From positions 62,001 to 126,000 of the IMG/VR virus record IMGVR_UViG_3300028862_000012: a stretch of DNA of 64,000 bases; one strand, written 5' to 3'. Position 1 is the stretch's first letter. Each line of letters begins with the position of its first letter. Shown here piece by piece: positions 18,923 to 28,513 of the stretch. The translations under genes and the position numbers were made by a program. The notes under the pieces were generated by a model. It saw only the letters and a program-made list of their open reading frames with translations. It was not told the origin of the DNA and searched no databases.

Positions 18923-19630
18923 ATGCAAATTTTAACGGGAAAAATAGGTACTGGAAAGACAATTGGCTTAATTGAGTTAGCTCATAAGAATAATGGAATA
19001 CTGGTAGTGTGGAATAATGATCAAGGTCATCTAATGAAGGATAATTTAAAATGTTTATCCTCATACTATAATGATATTACTTTTGAAAATATTCCAGTTA
19101 TAACATATAATGAATTAATTAATAAAAAGCTAAGTGGTAAGAATAAAGATGATGCTAAATATTATATAGATCGCATTGAATTATTTTTAGAAATGTTTAA
19201 AGTTTCTGGTTTTAGTTGCGATGGCGAGAATGTAATTATCAGGGAAAAGACTTTTTCTGAACCTAATAATATTTATTCAAATCATCTGCTTATTAAAGCT
19301 AACTATTACATACAAGAGGTACCTATTATGATTGGCAAAATTATTGATTTCTGTAAAAGTAAGATTGTTGTAGAGATTAGCATTATTGTATTTGCTATTG
19401 TTTCTTCAATTTTAATTATTGGTGGTGTTTCAGAAGGACAGCTTGCAGGTGTAGTCGAAGCAGTAATTGGTGTTATTGGCGCGATTGCTACTCTCATCAA
19501 GCTTATTGGATCTTTGACAGTAAAAGACGTAGCTGATAGTATTAATAGTGCTACAAAGACTGTAGCTACTGATGCTAAAGAAGCGGTAGATACCGTTGCC
19601 TCTGCTGTTGCCTCTGCTGTAAAGAAGTAA
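18923..19630 (+). CDS. Small P-loop protein reading in frame into a downstream membrane protein
   Basis: GGAGG SD and ATG at 18923. Walker A GKIGTGKT. No stop before the in-frame ATG at 19328. Confidence 0.6.
   Translation: MQILTGKIGTGKTIGLIELAHKNNGILVVWNNDQGHLMKDNLKCLSSYYNDITFENIPVITYNELINKKLSGKNKDDAKYYIDRIELFLEMFKVSGFSCDGENVIIREKTFSEPNNIYSNHLLIKANYYIQEVPIMIGKIIDFCKSKIVVEISIIVFAIVSSILIIGGVSEGQLAGVVEAVIGVIGAIATLIKLIGSLTVKDVADSINSATKTVATDAKEAVDTVASAVASAVKK
19328..19630 (+). CDS. Two-TM membrane protein, holin-like, with its own start
   Basis: TAACTATTA at 19300-19308, then a GAGG SD, then ATG 19328. Two hydrophobic helices, an Ala/Val/Thr-rich amphipathic tail and a KK end. Confidence 0.55.
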   Translation: MIGKIIDFCKSKIVVEISIIVFAIVSSILIIGGVSEGQLAGVVEAVIGVIGAIATLIKLIGSLTVKDVADSINSATKTVATDAKEAVDTVASAVASAVKK

Positions 19631-19696
19631 GCAAAGTTTACCTCTTCTATCATTAAATAATTAATAGAAGAGGTAAAATAATAGAAGGAAGGTAAT

Positions 19697-19945
19697 ATGA
19701 CAGATACAGATATTATGAATTACTTAAACAAGTGCTATCAAAATCATACATTTAATATCATAAATAGATTAGAAGTAGTTAATTTTAATAATAAGAAAGA
19801 AGTTCTTATTGATAATAAAGAAACACATATCTGGTTTCAGCAGATGATGAATACAGAACTAATGAATAAAAATTTAGTGTTATCTGCTGATGAAGCATTA
19901 TTAGAAGAAATTTCAAATAAAGTTGTAAGTTATCTAACAAAATAA
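19697..19945 (+). CDS. Hypothetical protein
   Basis: 82-aa ORF with an AAGGAAGG SD. Confidence 0.55.
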   Translation: MTDTDIMNYLNKCYQNHTFNIINRLEVVNFNNKKEVLIDNKETHIWFQQMMNTELMNKNLVLSADEALLEEISNKVVSYLTK

Positions 19946-19968
19946 TTTTATAAAAGGATTATTAAAAC

Positions 19969-20706
19969 ATGGGAAATGGGAAAGCATATGCCAATCGAAA
20001 ACAAGAATCAGAACGTCCAGAGGCAGATTTTTATAGTACACCAAAATCAATAACACAATTAATTTGTGATACAAAAGAGTTTTCTAAATATAAAACAATA
20101 TATGAACCTATGTCTGGAGAGAATGCTATAGCAAAAGTTCTTATAGAAAATGGCCATGAAGTTATTACTGATGATATTAGAACTACAAAAAAGGATTTTC
20201 TTAAATGTAATGAAAAAGTGGATTATATATGTACAAATCCAGCTTTCAGCATCTTTACTGAAACAGTAGAAAAATGTCATGAAATTACTAATTATGGGTT
20301 TACATTATTAGGTAAGACTAATTTTTTTGCGGCTCATAGTAGAACCAAAATGAATCTATGGAGAAATCTTAAACATGTTTATATTTTTGATCGCATGATT
20401 GACTATCGTACCCCTTATAGGGAAGATGGATGCTTCTTTTTAGGTAATTTAGTAACGTGTTGGATGTGTTTTGATAAATCATGGCATGAACCTTATTGGA
20501 ATACATCAATTATGGACGTGCAAAAATGGGCTACTTTAGGAAGTTATGATAATTATATCAAAAAAGAATATTACAAAGTTCATAATAAATGTCCTGTTTG
20601 TAATACAGAATTAAAGTTCAAGCAGAAGCAGAAAGATTTTCCCGATTTACAAAGCATTAACTGTAGTACTTGTAACTGGGAAGGAATAGTAGATAAATTA
20701 ATTTAG
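19969..20706 (+). CDS. DNA amino-methyltransferase with C-terminal zinc ribbon
   Basis: DFYSTP (motif X), YEPMSGENAI (motif I) and TNPAF (NPPF-like motif IV). CPVC...CSTC at the C-terminus. Confidence 0.75.
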   Translation: MGNGKAYANRKQESERPEADFYSTPKSITQLICDTKEFSKYKTIYEPMSGENAIAKVLIENGHEVITDDIRTTKKDFLKCNEKVDYICTNPAFSIFTETVEKCHEITNYGFTLLGKTNFFAAHSRTKMNLWRNLKHVYIFDRMIDYRTPYREDGCFFLGNLVTCWMCFDKSWHEPYWNTSIMDVQKWATLGSYDNYIKKEYYKVHNKCPVCNTELKFKQKQKDFPDLQSINCSTCNWEGIVDKLI

Positions 20707-20714
20707 GAGAGTAT

Positions 20715-21026
20715 ATGAGCAAACGTAAAAGTATTGGGTTATTTAAACTCATAATGGGTAAGTATAATTATAGTGAAGTACAGCCAAATAAACCGTGGCC
20801 TAGACCAGAAGAGCAAACTTATAGTAAAGAATGTTATGACTTTTATCCTGCTTGTATTGATAGCTTAATAGTCTTAGTAAATTCATTAGGAGCAAATGAT
20901 TTAAAATGTGGAATAATCAATTTGTTAGAATTAGAAAAAGATGAGCCTTATAAATATGTTACTTCTAATGTGACCAAGTTTTTAAGTAAGACTGCTAATA
21001 GTGTTATTCAAGAGATTATAAAGTAA
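20715..21026 (+). CDS. Hypothetical protein
   Basis: 103-aa ORF with an AGGAG SD. Confidence 0.55.
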   Translation: MSKRKSIGLFKLIMGKYNYSEVQPNKPWPRPEEQTYSKECYDFYPACIDSLIVLVNSLGANDLKCGIINLLELEKDEPYKYVTSNVTKFLSKTANSVIQEIIK

Positions 21027-21080
21027 AATATAAATAATTATATTTTAGTTAAATGAATTAAAGTAAAATAAGGAAATAAT

Positions 21081-21542
21081 ATGAAAGAGAAAATTGCTTA
21101 TTTAATTGGCTCTGTAAATAATGGAAAGATTATTCTTGATGAAGATACTGCTGTTCTTTATGCTAGATCAACTAATCAAGCAATCAATGAATTAAAATTA
21201 GTGGATTATAAAGTAGAAGTTTATCAGGGTACTTGTATATTTTATAATATACATACGCATGAATACAAATTTCAAAAGTATGAATTTAATAATGTTGATA
21301 GATTAAGTAAGTCATATTTTGATGCAAGTTGTGGGAAATATGATCTACGAATTTTTATATGTGTAGATATTAAAGTTGTTAGAAAAAACATACAAAAGGT
21401 ACTTGACTTTTTACTAACACTTAATATAGAAAAGATAAACTGTTTTCTATATTGCCGACAAGGACAGGACTATACAACATCACTTTGTAAAGAATATTCA
21501 GAAGAGTATTTAAATAAACTAAGTCAGTTAGTAATTGAATAA
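21081..21542 (+). CDS. Hypothetical protein
   Basis: 153-aa ORF with an AAGGA SD. Confidence 0.55.
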   Translation: MKEKIAYLIGSVNNGKIILDEDTAVLYARSTNQAINELKLVDYKVEVYQGTCIFYNIHTHEYKFQKYEFNNVDRLSKSYFDASCGKYDLRIFICVDIKVVRKNIQKVLDFLLTLNIEKINCFLYCRQGQDYTTSLCKEYSEEYLNKLSQLVIE

Positions 21543-21580
21543 AGTTTGTAATTAGAATATGATAGATATAGGGAAAAAAT

Positions 21581-22378
21581 ATGAGTAAAATAATTGGTGT
21601 TTTATGGTCAGGTGGTTTAGATAGTACTTATTTAATTTATAAAAATTTGAGTGAAGGTAATACAGTATATGCTTACTATGTTGAATTAGAAAATAATGCA
21701 AATAAAGTTATTGAAGAAAAGAAAGCAATTGAAAAATTGCAAGTTTTATTTGAAAAATACTTTTATAATAAGTTTCTTTATAAGGGTATTTTAACTGAAG
21801 TAGGTATAAATGGTTATGATAATTGTTTAAGCTTTAAACAAATGCCTACATGGATTTATGCTCTACAGTGGATTGACTCACAAATAGATGAGGTACAGAT
21901 AGGATATATTCTAAATGACGATGCCCTTTCATGGCTTCCTGATATTCAAAATATTTATAATAGTTTTAATGCAATAAAAACAAAAGAAATACCGCTTACT
22001 TTTCCACTTATTAAAATTTCAAAACAACAGGAAAAAGAGGGGTTGCCAGCGGAATTTTATTCAAATATTTGGTATTGTGAAGATCCTATAAATGGAAAAC
22101 CTTGCGGAACTTGTCATAGTTGCTTGCGCTATAAGTTTAAAGGACTAGCATCATATGGTTCTGTTGAAGTACCTAAATATGATGACAGTATAAAAGCTAT
22201 AAGTAAAGGTACTTCTTTAGTAGTAAAAGAAGTAAATAGTGTAGACTGTATTTCAATAGATTTGAAAGCAGAGGAAAGCACTATTGATCCTTTAGATAAT
22301 ATTTTAAATAAAATAGAGGATATAAAGAAAGATATAAGTACTAGCTTAGTAATTGACATACTTACAGAAAAGTACTAA
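21581..22378 (+). CDS. QueC-like PP-loop ATPase (7-cyano-7-deazaguanine synthase-like)
   Basis: VLWSGGLDSTY PP-loop and a C-terminal WYC...PCGTCHSC zinc cluster. Confidence 0.7.
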   Translation: MSKIIGVLWSGGLDSTYLIYKNLSEGNTVYAYYVELENNANKVIEEKKAIEKLQVLFEKYFYNKFLYKGILTEVGINGYDNCLSFKQMPTWIYALQWIDSQIDEVQIGYILNDDALSWLPDIQNIYNSFNAIKTKEIPLTFPLIKISKQQEKEGLPAEFYSNIWYCEDPINGKPCGTCHSCLRYKFKGLASYGSVEVPKYDDSIKAISKGTSLVVKEVNSVDCISIDLKAEESTIDPLDNILNKIEDIKKDISTSLVIDILTEKY

Positions 22379-22381
22379 ACT
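22353..22381 (+). promoter_or_regulatory. Possible sigma70 promoter
   Basis: TTGACA-N17-TAAACT upstream of the nucleotidase gene. Confidence 0.45.
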
Positions 22382-22410
22382 CATACAAAATATGATAAAT
22401 AGGAAAAAAG

Positions 22411-22995
22411 ATGAATACGATTATTATTGATATGGATTGTGTAACAAATGATTTTGTACCTTTCTTTTGTGAGATAGCCTATACAAAGTTTAAAATGAAC
22501 TTTGAAGGTGATGTGTATGCTAACTATAACCTAACTAGTTGTATGGTAGGTACAAACAATCAGAAGCAAAAAGTACTAGCTGATATATTCAGTATGCCTT
22601 ACTTTTGGCAAAATTTGCCTGTAATGAAAGATAGTTATGATACTTTAATGAAGTTATCTAATAAAGGTTATCAGCTAGACATTGCTTCAATGACTCCACC
22701 TAAAGCAGATATTAAAATTAAAGATATGGTTAAACGAGAAAAGTATAAGTGGCTTGATCGAGTATATCCTACTATAAATTTTAATCATATATATCTTGAT
22801 GTACCAAAGCATACTTTATGTGGAACTTATATTATAGATGATAATCCTGCTAATATTTATGGAGAGACCTACCATTTTAAAGGCGAATATATCAAGTATA
22901 ACTATAAGTACAATGAATCTGCTAGATCAGATTATTCAGTTTCTAATTGGAAGCAGATTGATAATTTATTTAAAGAAATAGAAGGTAGAAAATGA
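22411..22995 (+). CDS. 5'(3')-deoxyribonucleotidase (HAD, NT5C-like)
   Basis: IIIDMDCVTNDF (DxD motif), FWQNLPVM and IIDDNP. Confidence 0.85.
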   Translation: MNTIIIDMDCVTNDFVPFFCEIAYTKFKMNFEGDVYANYNLTSCMVGTNNQKQKVLADIFSMPYFWQNLPVMKDSYDTLMKLSNKGYQLDIASMTPPKADIKIKDMVKREKYKWLDRVYPTINFNHIYLDVPKHTLCGTYIIDDNPANIYGETYHFKGEYIKYNYKYNESARSDYSVSNWKQIDNLFKEIEGRK

Positions 22996-23585
22996 TATTA
23001 GCAATATCAGGCGGTCGCCATGCAGGTAAAGATACTTTTTTTGATACAATAAAAGAAAGATATAAGTATAACTATAATTTTATTCAAAAAAAGTTTAGTT
23101 ATAATATGAAACTTTGTGCTTGTATTATATTTGGCTGGACAATGGAACAAATAGAAGATCAAACTTTTAAGGAAACTATTGATCCTATATATGGTATAAG
23201 TCCCAGAATGTTTTTAGATGACTTTGGAACTATCTATGGTCGTCAGCATCTATGTGAAGTATTTCCAGAGTTTAAAAGATTAGTTGGTGAGCGTATTTGG
23301 TCAATGGGAACAATACGTGATTGTGTAAAAGAAGCCACAAATAATAATATTGTTTGCATAACTGACTTTCGATATCCTGTAGAAGAAGTTGAATTAGAAA
23401 GCTGTAATCATGAAGTTATAGTTCTAAATATAGATCGTCCAGAGTTTCCTATTAATCCAAAATCTGCTGATAAATTAGTTCCATTATTGGAATGGAATTA
23501 TAAACTGATAAATAATAAAAGCTTAGAAGAATATAGAGATGATTGTATTTCTATGTTTGATAAAATTATGGAAGATAGAAAGTAA
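22992..23585 (+). CDS. Deoxynucleoside monophosphate kinase
   Basis: ISGGRHAGKDT P-loop, SPRMFL...GT..GR, IWS and ITDFRYPVE, as in phage dNMP kinases. Confidence 0.85.
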   Translation: MILAISGGRHAGKDTFFDTIKERYKYNYNFIQKKFSYNMKLCACIIFGWTMEQIEDQTFKETIDPIYGISPRMFLDDFGTIYGRQHLCEVFPEFKRLVGERIWSMGTIRDCVKEATNNNIVCITDFRYPVEEVELESCNHEVIVLNIDRPEFPINPKSADKLVPLLEWNYKLINNKSLEEYRDDCISMFDKIMEDRK

Positions 23586-23588
23586 TCT

Positions 23589-23798
23589 ATGGAATTGTAT
23601 TTAGTTATTGAAAATATATTAAAATTATATGATCATGACTTAATAGAAAAGGAATTAAATAAGTTAGAAGAAAGCAAGGTTATAAAGAAATGGGATTTTT
23701 ATACTTGTAATACATGGTTTATAAAATCAAGGGAATATGAAGTAACTGATATAAATGGAAAGAAAATAAATAGATTTGTTTATAAAAGAAGATGTTAA
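23589..23798 (+). CDS. Hypothetical protein
   Basis: 69-aa ORF tightly packed in the operon. Confidence 0.5.
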   Translation: MELYLVIENILKLYDHDLIEKELNKLEESKVIKKWDFYTCNTWFIKSREYEVTDINGKKINRFVYKRRC

Positions 23799-24281
23799 AT
23801 GTCAAAATTAGAAGAGCTAAATGAAGCGAAAGATCGATTGGAAACAGTAACTAATTTAGTGAATACTGGATTTAATATTAAGTTTTGTGGTTATAGATAT
23901 CCACATGGATTAATAGTAGAGTCATCAATATTAGGTAATCAGAATTATGAAGTATTAAAAGATTTAATAAATGAATTTAGTAAGAAAGTTACAAATATAA
24001 TGGAAGCTGAATATAATGAAGCAAGTACTAAATATCACACTTTAGATGAAACACCTGTAGAATTATTTCAAGATAGAGAAAAAAATTATATAGAAAATTA
24101 CATTATGCCTGAGTTAGCTAAAATGTTATCTATTAAACAAAGAATTTCTTTTTTAGAAGCTTTAGTAAAAGAAAAGAAAATAGACAGATTAGAGTATAAT
24201 GATAGTTTACATGAAAAGATGGAAGTAAAGATTTGGATTAATGGAAAAGAAGCTACAATTAAAAGGTACAAATTTAATTAA
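23799..24281 (+). CDS. Hypothetical protein
   Basis: 160-aa ORF abutting the previous stop codon. Confidence 0.55.
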   Translation: MSKLEELNEAKDRLETVTNLVNTGFNIKFCGYRYPHGLIVESSILGNQNYEVLKDLINEFSKKVTNIMEAEYNEASTKYHTLDETPVELFQDREKNYIENYIMPELAKMLSIKQRISFLEALVKEKKIDRLEYNDSLHEKMEVKIWINGKEATIKRYKFN

Positions 24282-24305
24282 GAGTTTGAAAAAGGATAAA
24301 AACAT

Positions 24306-26528
24306 ATGATACTTCATTCAGCAACTATGGAAGGATACAAGACTTATAAAGAGCGTACTGTTGTTAATTTTTCAACAGGATTAAATTTACTTTCTGGTCG
24401 TTCAGGTAAAGGTAAATCTTCTATATTTGATTTAATTAGTTTACATCTGCTTGATAAGTCAGAAGCAAGTTTGGAAGCTAATCTAAATTGGGACTCCAAT
24501 TATTTTTATACAGAAGTATGTTTTGAACATAATAATGATGAATATAAAAGTGTATTGGAATATACAAAATCTGATACAGCTAAAGTAGGTAAGTCTACCC
24601 GAAAGCTTTATAAGAATGACATGACTACACCTGTGGCTGAAAATGCAAGTGTAAAGGAAGTATTATCAGAGTTGCTTGATCCAATGACTACTGATGCTGG
24701 ATTGTTTTTTAAGCAGGATAGCCGACCGTTTTTGGATATAAATGATGGTGATAGACTTGCACTTATGCGTAAGATTCAGAAAGTTGATTTTGATAGCAAT
24801 ATCAAAGCTATTGATAACTATATTAAGCAGTTGAATGAAAAAGTAATTGAATTAGATAATAAGATTTATAGCTATGAAAATAAGAAATATGAGTTTAAAA
24901 CTATTTCAGAATTAGAATATTCCGAAGATCAGATTCAAATAATGGAAAAGGATTGTTCAATTCTTTTAAATGACATTACTAAAGTAAATGAATTAAAAAA
25001 GCAGAAAGAAGAATATCAGAAAAAAATTATTGAATTAAATGCAAGTATTACTAAAGCACAATCTGAAGTATCTAACACTAAAACTAAATTAGACAATAAA
25101 CAAAAAGAATTAGAAGCATATCAAGATACAGGTGTAAATGAGTCTTTGAATAAATTGGATTCTGAAATTTCTGTATTAAATTTGAAGGAAGTACAGGATG
25201 CTACTGAAAGCATTGTAGTATCTTTTAATTCAAATAAAGAAGCTATTGAAAAAAAGATAGAAGCACTTGTTAGTGACAAAACTAATTATCCTGTTACTCG
25301 ATTAGTTAAATATGATGAAACAAAAATAAATGAAATTATTACTAAATTGGCTGGTTTAAAAGCTGATAAACAGTCAGAAGAAAAACAACTTGCTTTTTGT
25401 AAGTCAGGTAATTGTCCTACTTGTGGACATTTATTTGAAACAAATGAAATAGAATTACATGAAAAGAAAATTAATGAGCTTACTTGGTCTATTGAAGATC
25501 AAAATACCGCACTTGCACAACTATATAAAGAAAAAGAAGAGCATGAAAATAAAGTAAAACAGAATGATGATAATAGAAATAAATGCTTATTGATTGATAA
25601 AGATATTTCTGTAGAAAAAGAAAAGTTGCTAAACTTTACTGATGAAAAATTGTCTGAATTAAAACAAGCAGAAGCAAGTAGAGTCGAAACACTAAAGAAG
25701 GATATTCAAACTGCTATTGAAGCAAAGAAAACAGAAAAAGGTTATATTACTTCTAACTTTGAAACAAAATGTAAATTGCTTGAAACAGAGGTAGACCGAT
25801 TTAAGGATATAAAAGACAGTAAAGAATTAGAAGTATCTAAATACTCCGATAACTTAAAAGAAATAATTACCAAGTTTAATGCTATTACTATTACCGATAT
25901 TTCTTCAACAGAAACACAATACTCTGATTTACAAACTAAAATTAATAATTACAAAAGTATAGTTGCGGTTAACAAGTCTAATACAGAACACAACAGGTTG
26001 TTGACTTTAGAAAAAGAAAACGATAGTATTGAACTTGAAAAATTACAAATGGAAAAAAATGAAATTATGATTGATAAACTTAATCATGAAAGTGCAAAAA
26101 CAATTTTGCAGAAAGATTTTCCAAACTATGTAATTGGTAAAGTAATTAAGTTTATTGAAGGTTCAATGAATAGGTTTATTGAGTCAATTTATAAACCATT
26201 AGATGTAGAGCTTGCTAATTCTAAAACAGGAATTCCTTTAATGTATGGAACAGGTAAACGAAAGATTCCTGCAAAGAGTGGTTTAAGTGGTGCAGAAAAA
26301 TGTATAGTTCAACTGTCATTTAATGATATCTTTAATAAGAAGAATAAGCTTGGTGTTATGCTGATAGATGAAAGCGATAGTGCTACTGATGAGTTAACTT
26401 CACAGAGTTTATTTGAAGTAATAGGAAATATGTTAAAGGAGTACAAACAGATTGTAGTAATAAGTCATAATAATAACATGAAAGATTATATGATTGCTAA
26501 TTATAATGCAAATATAATTAATTTATAA
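24306..26528 (+). CDS. SbcC/Rad50/T4 gp46-like recombination ATPase
   Basis: Walker A GRSGKGKS, long coiled coil, CPTCG zinc hook, signature LSGAE and Walker B MLIDE. Confidence 0.92.
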   Translation: MILHSATMEGYKTYKERTVVNFSTGLNLLSGRSGKGKSSIFDLISLHLLDKSEASLEANLNWDSNYFYTEVCFEHNNDEYKSVLEYTKSDTAKVGKSTRKLYKNDMTTPVAENASVKEVLSELLDPMTTDAGLFFKQDSRPFLDINDGDRLALMRKIQKVDFDSNIKAIDNYIKQLNEKVIELDNKIYSYENKKYEFKTISELEYSEDQIQIMEKDCSILLNDITKVNELKKQKEEYQKKIIELNASITKAQSEVSNTKTKLDNKQKELEAYQDTGVNESLNKLDSEISVLNLKEVQDATESIVVSFNSNKEAIEKKIEALVSDKTNYPVTRLVKYDETKINEIITKLAGLKADKQSEEKQLAFCKSGNCPTCGHLFETNEIELHEKKINELTWSIEDQNTALAQLYKEKEEHENKVKQNDDNRNKCLLIDKDISVEKEKLLNFTDEKLSELKQAEASRVETLKKDIQTAIEAKKTEKGYITSNFETKCKLLETEVDRFKDIKDSKELEVSKYSDNLKEIITKFNAITITDISSTETQYSDLQTKINNYKSIVAVNKSNTEHNRLLTLEKENDSIELEKLQMEKNEIMIDKLNHESAKTILQKDFPNYVIGKVIKFIEGSMNRFIESIYKPLDVELANSKTGIPLMYGTGKRKIPAKSGLSGAEKCIVQLSFNDIFNKKNKLGVMLIDESDSATDELTSQSLFEVIGNMLKEYKQIVVISHNNNMKDYMIANYNANIINL

Positions 26529-26543
26529 ACTAACTATTATAGT

Positions 26544-27956
26544 GTGCATAGCACATTTAATAACGCCATAGGCAAAGTAAAGGAAACAAGTATGGAAAAA
26601 GCAATGTCTCGAAAGGATCTGTTTAAAAAACTTAAAGCAGAAAAAGAAGAAGCAAACACCAATTTTCAGGGTTTTGAAAATCCTGAATATGTAGCACTAT
26701 CAGACGATGAATATCGTTTAATTAGGCTCATGGGAAATGAGTTGCAGTCAAAGGATCACTGTCCTACTGATGCACATTTATTCAAGACTATTTTTATTAA
26801 GGGTGATGATGGAAAGAAGATGAAAACTATTCTTAATCCAGACAGGGATCATCCATTTAATAAGATGGTATACTTTTTAGGTAAGGGTAAATGGATTGAT
26901 GATGAAAATACTGGAAAGAAAAAGAAAGTCTATGATCACGAGGGAAGCCCGTCTCTTGCTATCATGAATAGTAATTATCATGATGATGGCCCGTATCCTC
27001 AGTCATGGGACTCTCCGCAGAAGTATGTAGCTATTAATTGTATTGATCGTATGGATGATTGGTGTAAAACTAATAATCATACTAAGGTACTGATTCACAG
27101 TGTAAATGTTGATGGTGATAAAGTTTATCCTGAAATTGGAATTAAAAAGACCTTGTATGATATAATTTGGGAACAACTTTGTACCGAATATGAATTACAT
27201 TTTGAAGATTTTGATATTGCAGTAAAGCGTATTCCAACTTCAAAGGATAAGTCTAAAAAGCAGACTGTTTACTTTAAGGCTGTTCGTGCTGATCGTGCTG
27301 AAAAGGATTTGATTGAGTTTGGCAATAAGATTGGTGTTGACTATGCCTCTCGAATTGTAGCTGAAGGCGCTCCGACCGACGCTGAGTATGCATATGAACA
27401 GTATAACTTTGAAACAATGCCTTGCTTTCTGCCTACTTCTGCAAAACGTTTATATAATCACATTAAGAACTTTGTGAAGAAAGTTGATACAGAGTTTGGT
27501 TCCGATTATGTAGGCGATTTTACCGCTTATATTGAAAAAGAAGAAGCAGAGCGTAAGATTTTTTGGGCAGAGTATAAGAAAGCTCATGCAACAGAAGAAT
27601 CAGAAGATAAAGTAACTAAGCCAGCAAGCAAGGAAACTACTTCAAAAGAAACTACTGTTTCTAAGGAGTCTGTTCGCCGGTCTGTTGTGAAAAAGGAAGA
27701 GCCAAAGAAGGAAGAGCCAGCTTTTGATACTTCAGAGCTTGATCCTGAAATTTATACTGGTATTAGTAAAATGTCTGATGAAGATAAGGCACTGATTATT
27801 GGTGTAGATGAGGATTCAGGAGAGCTTAAATTCCGTGCTGACTGCCAGCTTGTAGAGTGTGCTAATAATAATGGCCCTGATGATGAAGAAGGCTGTCACT
27901 TTATGACTCCTTCTACTTATACTATTTGCCCATATTGTGCCGCCGAGTTTCAGTAA
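26544..27956 (+). CDS. Single-stranded DNA-binding protein, T4 gp32-like, with C-terminal zinc ribbon
   Basis: YRLIRLMG, YVAINCIDR and DFDIAVKR patterns. Acidic/Lys low-complexity linker and terminal CHF...CPYC. The start may be GTG 26544 or a later ATG. Confidence 0.65.
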   Translation: MHSTFNNAIGKVKETSMEKAMSRKDLFKKLKAEKEEANTNFQGFENPEYVALSDDEYRLIRLMGNELQSKDHCPTDAHLFKTIFIKGDDGKKMKTILNPDRDHPFNKMVYFLGKGKWIDDENTGKKKKVYDHEGSPSLAIMNSNYHDDGPYPQSWDSPQKYVAINCIDRMDDWCKTNNHTKVLIHSVNVDGDKVYPEIGIKKTLYDIIWEQLCTEYELHFEDFDIAVKRIPTSKDKSKKQTVYFKAVRADRAEKDLIEFGNKIGVDYASRIVAEGAPTDAEYAYEQYNFETMPCFLPTSAKRLYNHIKNFVKKVDTEFGSDYVGDFTAYIEKEEAERKIFWAEYKKAHATEESEDKVTKPASKETTSKETTVSKESVRRSVVKKEEPKKEEPAFDTSELDPEIYTGISKMSDEDKALIIGVDEDSGELKFRADCQLVECANNNGPDDEEGCHFMTPSTYTICPYCAAEFQ

Positions 27957-27975
27957 TTAAAAAATAATAGTTATT

Positions 27976-28011
27976 AAAAAAAGCAGAGTCAGCGATGATT
28001 CTGCTTTTTTT
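27976..28011 (+). terminator. Intrinsic terminator
   Basis: AAAAAAAGCAGAGTC-loop-GATTCTGCTTTTTTT. Confidence 0.85.
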
Positions 28012-28051
28012 ATAACTATTATATAAGATTATATTAAAGGAATATCTTTTT

Positions 28052-28510
28052 ATGGAAATAATTTTAGCAGAGGGTCAAGAAGTTGTAAGTAAAGAAGGAA
28101 AAGTTTATTTAACTGAAAAAGGTGATAAAATAGAAGAAAATATTTTTAATGATGATAAAGAAATACTTTCCACATTAAAAGAAAGAACTATTGCATTAGT
28201 TAAATATATAGAGCATCTTGTTAAAACGGGAATAGATATTCATAAAGTTAAGTATGAAGAAGACAAAGATTTTATAGATTTTTATTTTGTAGATGGTTAT
28301 GGTAATGATTTATGGGTTACTTATGCTTTTAAGAAAAGTAAAGCTTCAATTAAAGTTGATTACTATTATAAGCCCTATGATAGCTTGTCAGGTGGTTTAT
28401 GTAATGAAGCTGTTTCTTTAAGTACTGAAGATATAGGATGGGAATATATTTCAGATAAAGTTATAGACTATTTAGCAACCAGTATTTACAAACAAACAAA
28501 GAAGGTATAG
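28052..28510 (+). CDS. Hypothetical protein, candidate internal head protein
   Basis: Preceded by TAACTATTA. The N-terminal 27-aa motif is shared with the next gene. Confidence 0.6.
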   Translation: MEIILAEGQEVVSKEGKVYLTEKGDKIEENIFNDDKEILSTLKERTIALVKYIEHLVKTGIDIHKVKYEEDKDFIDFYFVDGYGNDLWVTYAFKKSKASIKVDYYYKPYDSLSGGLCNEAVSLSTEDIGWEYISDKVIDYLATSIYKQTKKV

Positions 28511-28513
28511 AGC

